Of a stretch of 20,000 nucleotides of DNA, positions 18,924 through 20,000 are shown one piece after another (position 1 is the stretch's first letter; the number at the start of each line of letters is the position of its first letter). This DNA comes from Asterionella formosa. Lineage: Eukaryota. The translations under genes were made by a program, and so were the position numbers. Under the pieces are notes generated by a model. The model made no database searches, was not told the DNA's origin, and saw nothing but the letters and a program-made list of their open reading frames with translations. The DNA lies in NCBI GenBank assembly GCA_002256025.1, contig NKIB01012566.1:56001-76000 (forward strand), given 5' to 3'.

Positions 18924-20000
18924 TTGTATTGTTGTCAAATGTATCTGTTAATCCACCACTGTATCAATATTTACGTAATTATATTCAGCAGCTTTAATTT
19001 CCAGCGCATATGAAGATTCCACAATCATAGGTGCATCGAAATATAATAATATATCTCGTAAACGTTATCTATCATCAAAGAATGTGAGAGGATGCATAGG
19101 AACAATCATATCCATACAGGACATGGTGTTATTTACGAAGTCAATGGTTAAACCAACTTGACGTAGGAAATCACGTCCTAAAATAACATCAAATGTGCAT
19201 AGACCATTTTTAAGACTTGACACTTTTGTTGTAAAATATGAGAGGATCGATTAAATTCCGGTAAAATCAGGTCATATAGCATGACACTGGTATAAGATGA
19301 GTAAGTACCAGCTATGGTATGTATTAATTGGGAAGTCTCGTCAGACAAAGAAATACCTTGAGGCATAACCCGTTCATGTATCAAGGATAACGATCCTCCA
19401 CTATCGAATAATACTCATAGTATTTTATGTATCGGTATATTATCCACCAATCTTGGCGCTAAAAGGGACATCGGAATCAAATCAATTGATGTTAATATAT
19501 CCTTAGAAGTAAAACAGGAAGCCGGAATCGGGCCCTGATATGTATATGGAACATCATGTCCATCAATACAGTTATATATATCCCGCGTAACATTAACAGT
19601 GGTATCCATAGTGTATTCAACCTGTAAATAAACAATATTATTCAGGTGATGACTAACGTGAGATATACTCAACGAGTCATTAAAAATAGCATCGCTATTA
19701 TCGCACATACCTTTGTAATGGCGATCAGCAATCTGCTGTTGTATAGTAGGGACAAAAGTCACATTCTGGCCAGCAGGAGGGTTCGTGACCACTGAAATTT
19801 CCTGGGCAGATGTATTCTCGGTAGGATCGGCACGTGGCACGGTACCCCAACCGGATGGACGAGTATTATGACTCCATGTATTTAACATACGAGCATGTGG
19901 AACAGGCACAGGGTTAGCAGTGTCAGTATGATAGCTTTCCGTAGGATTGCTGTGTGCACCGCCTCCACGACCACCAAAATGTCCTCGTCTACCAAAACTG
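18661..20000 (-). mobile_element. Internally deleted Ty3/Gypsy element of the same family: gag C-terminus (RGG-rich), aspartic protease, deletion of RT/RNaseH/most of integrase, integrase C-terminus, PPT, LTR start; continues beyond the window
   Basis: Minus strand reads SFGRRGHFGGRGGG... then IL*VLFDSGGSLSLI (protease DSG at ~19405, TGA at 19415), a frameshift near 19210, DVILGRDFL, IKAAEY...HLTTIQR joined directly to SYHYKVGD...GRGPY...IKPFHR, then GTGGGAGAG-TG. Confidence 0.85.

Overview
Eukaryotic nuclear DNA, very probably a diatom (stramenopile): compact genes, one GT-AG intron, and signal peptide + 'ASAFAP'-type plastid presequences. The ORF track's TTG/GTG starts are mostly not real starts here. 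Seven host genes: symplekin (+, 2 exons, 989-5229), CDK7/CDKD kinase (-), an uncharacterised class I SAM-methyltransferase-like protein (+), a plastid-targeted TPR protein (-), a divergent 20S proteasome alpha-2-like subunit with an N-terminal signal peptide (+), a plastid-targeted SAP-like/STI1 protein (+) and a RAD7-like LRR protein (-). The last ~4 kb is a transposon nest: a dead DD39D-type mariner transposase (-), abutted by a Ty3/Gypsy integrase fragment (+), lying tail-to-tail with an internally deleted copy of the same Gypsy family (-), which creates a ~261-bp near-perfect inverted repeat. The most unusual non-genic signal is a strand-symmetric palindromic satellite, (GGTACC-W)n, with related perfect micro-hairpins. 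It occurs in 5' intergenic regions and is absent as arrays from CDSs and from convergent 3' gaps. No CRISPR array, tRNA or rRNA was recognised.
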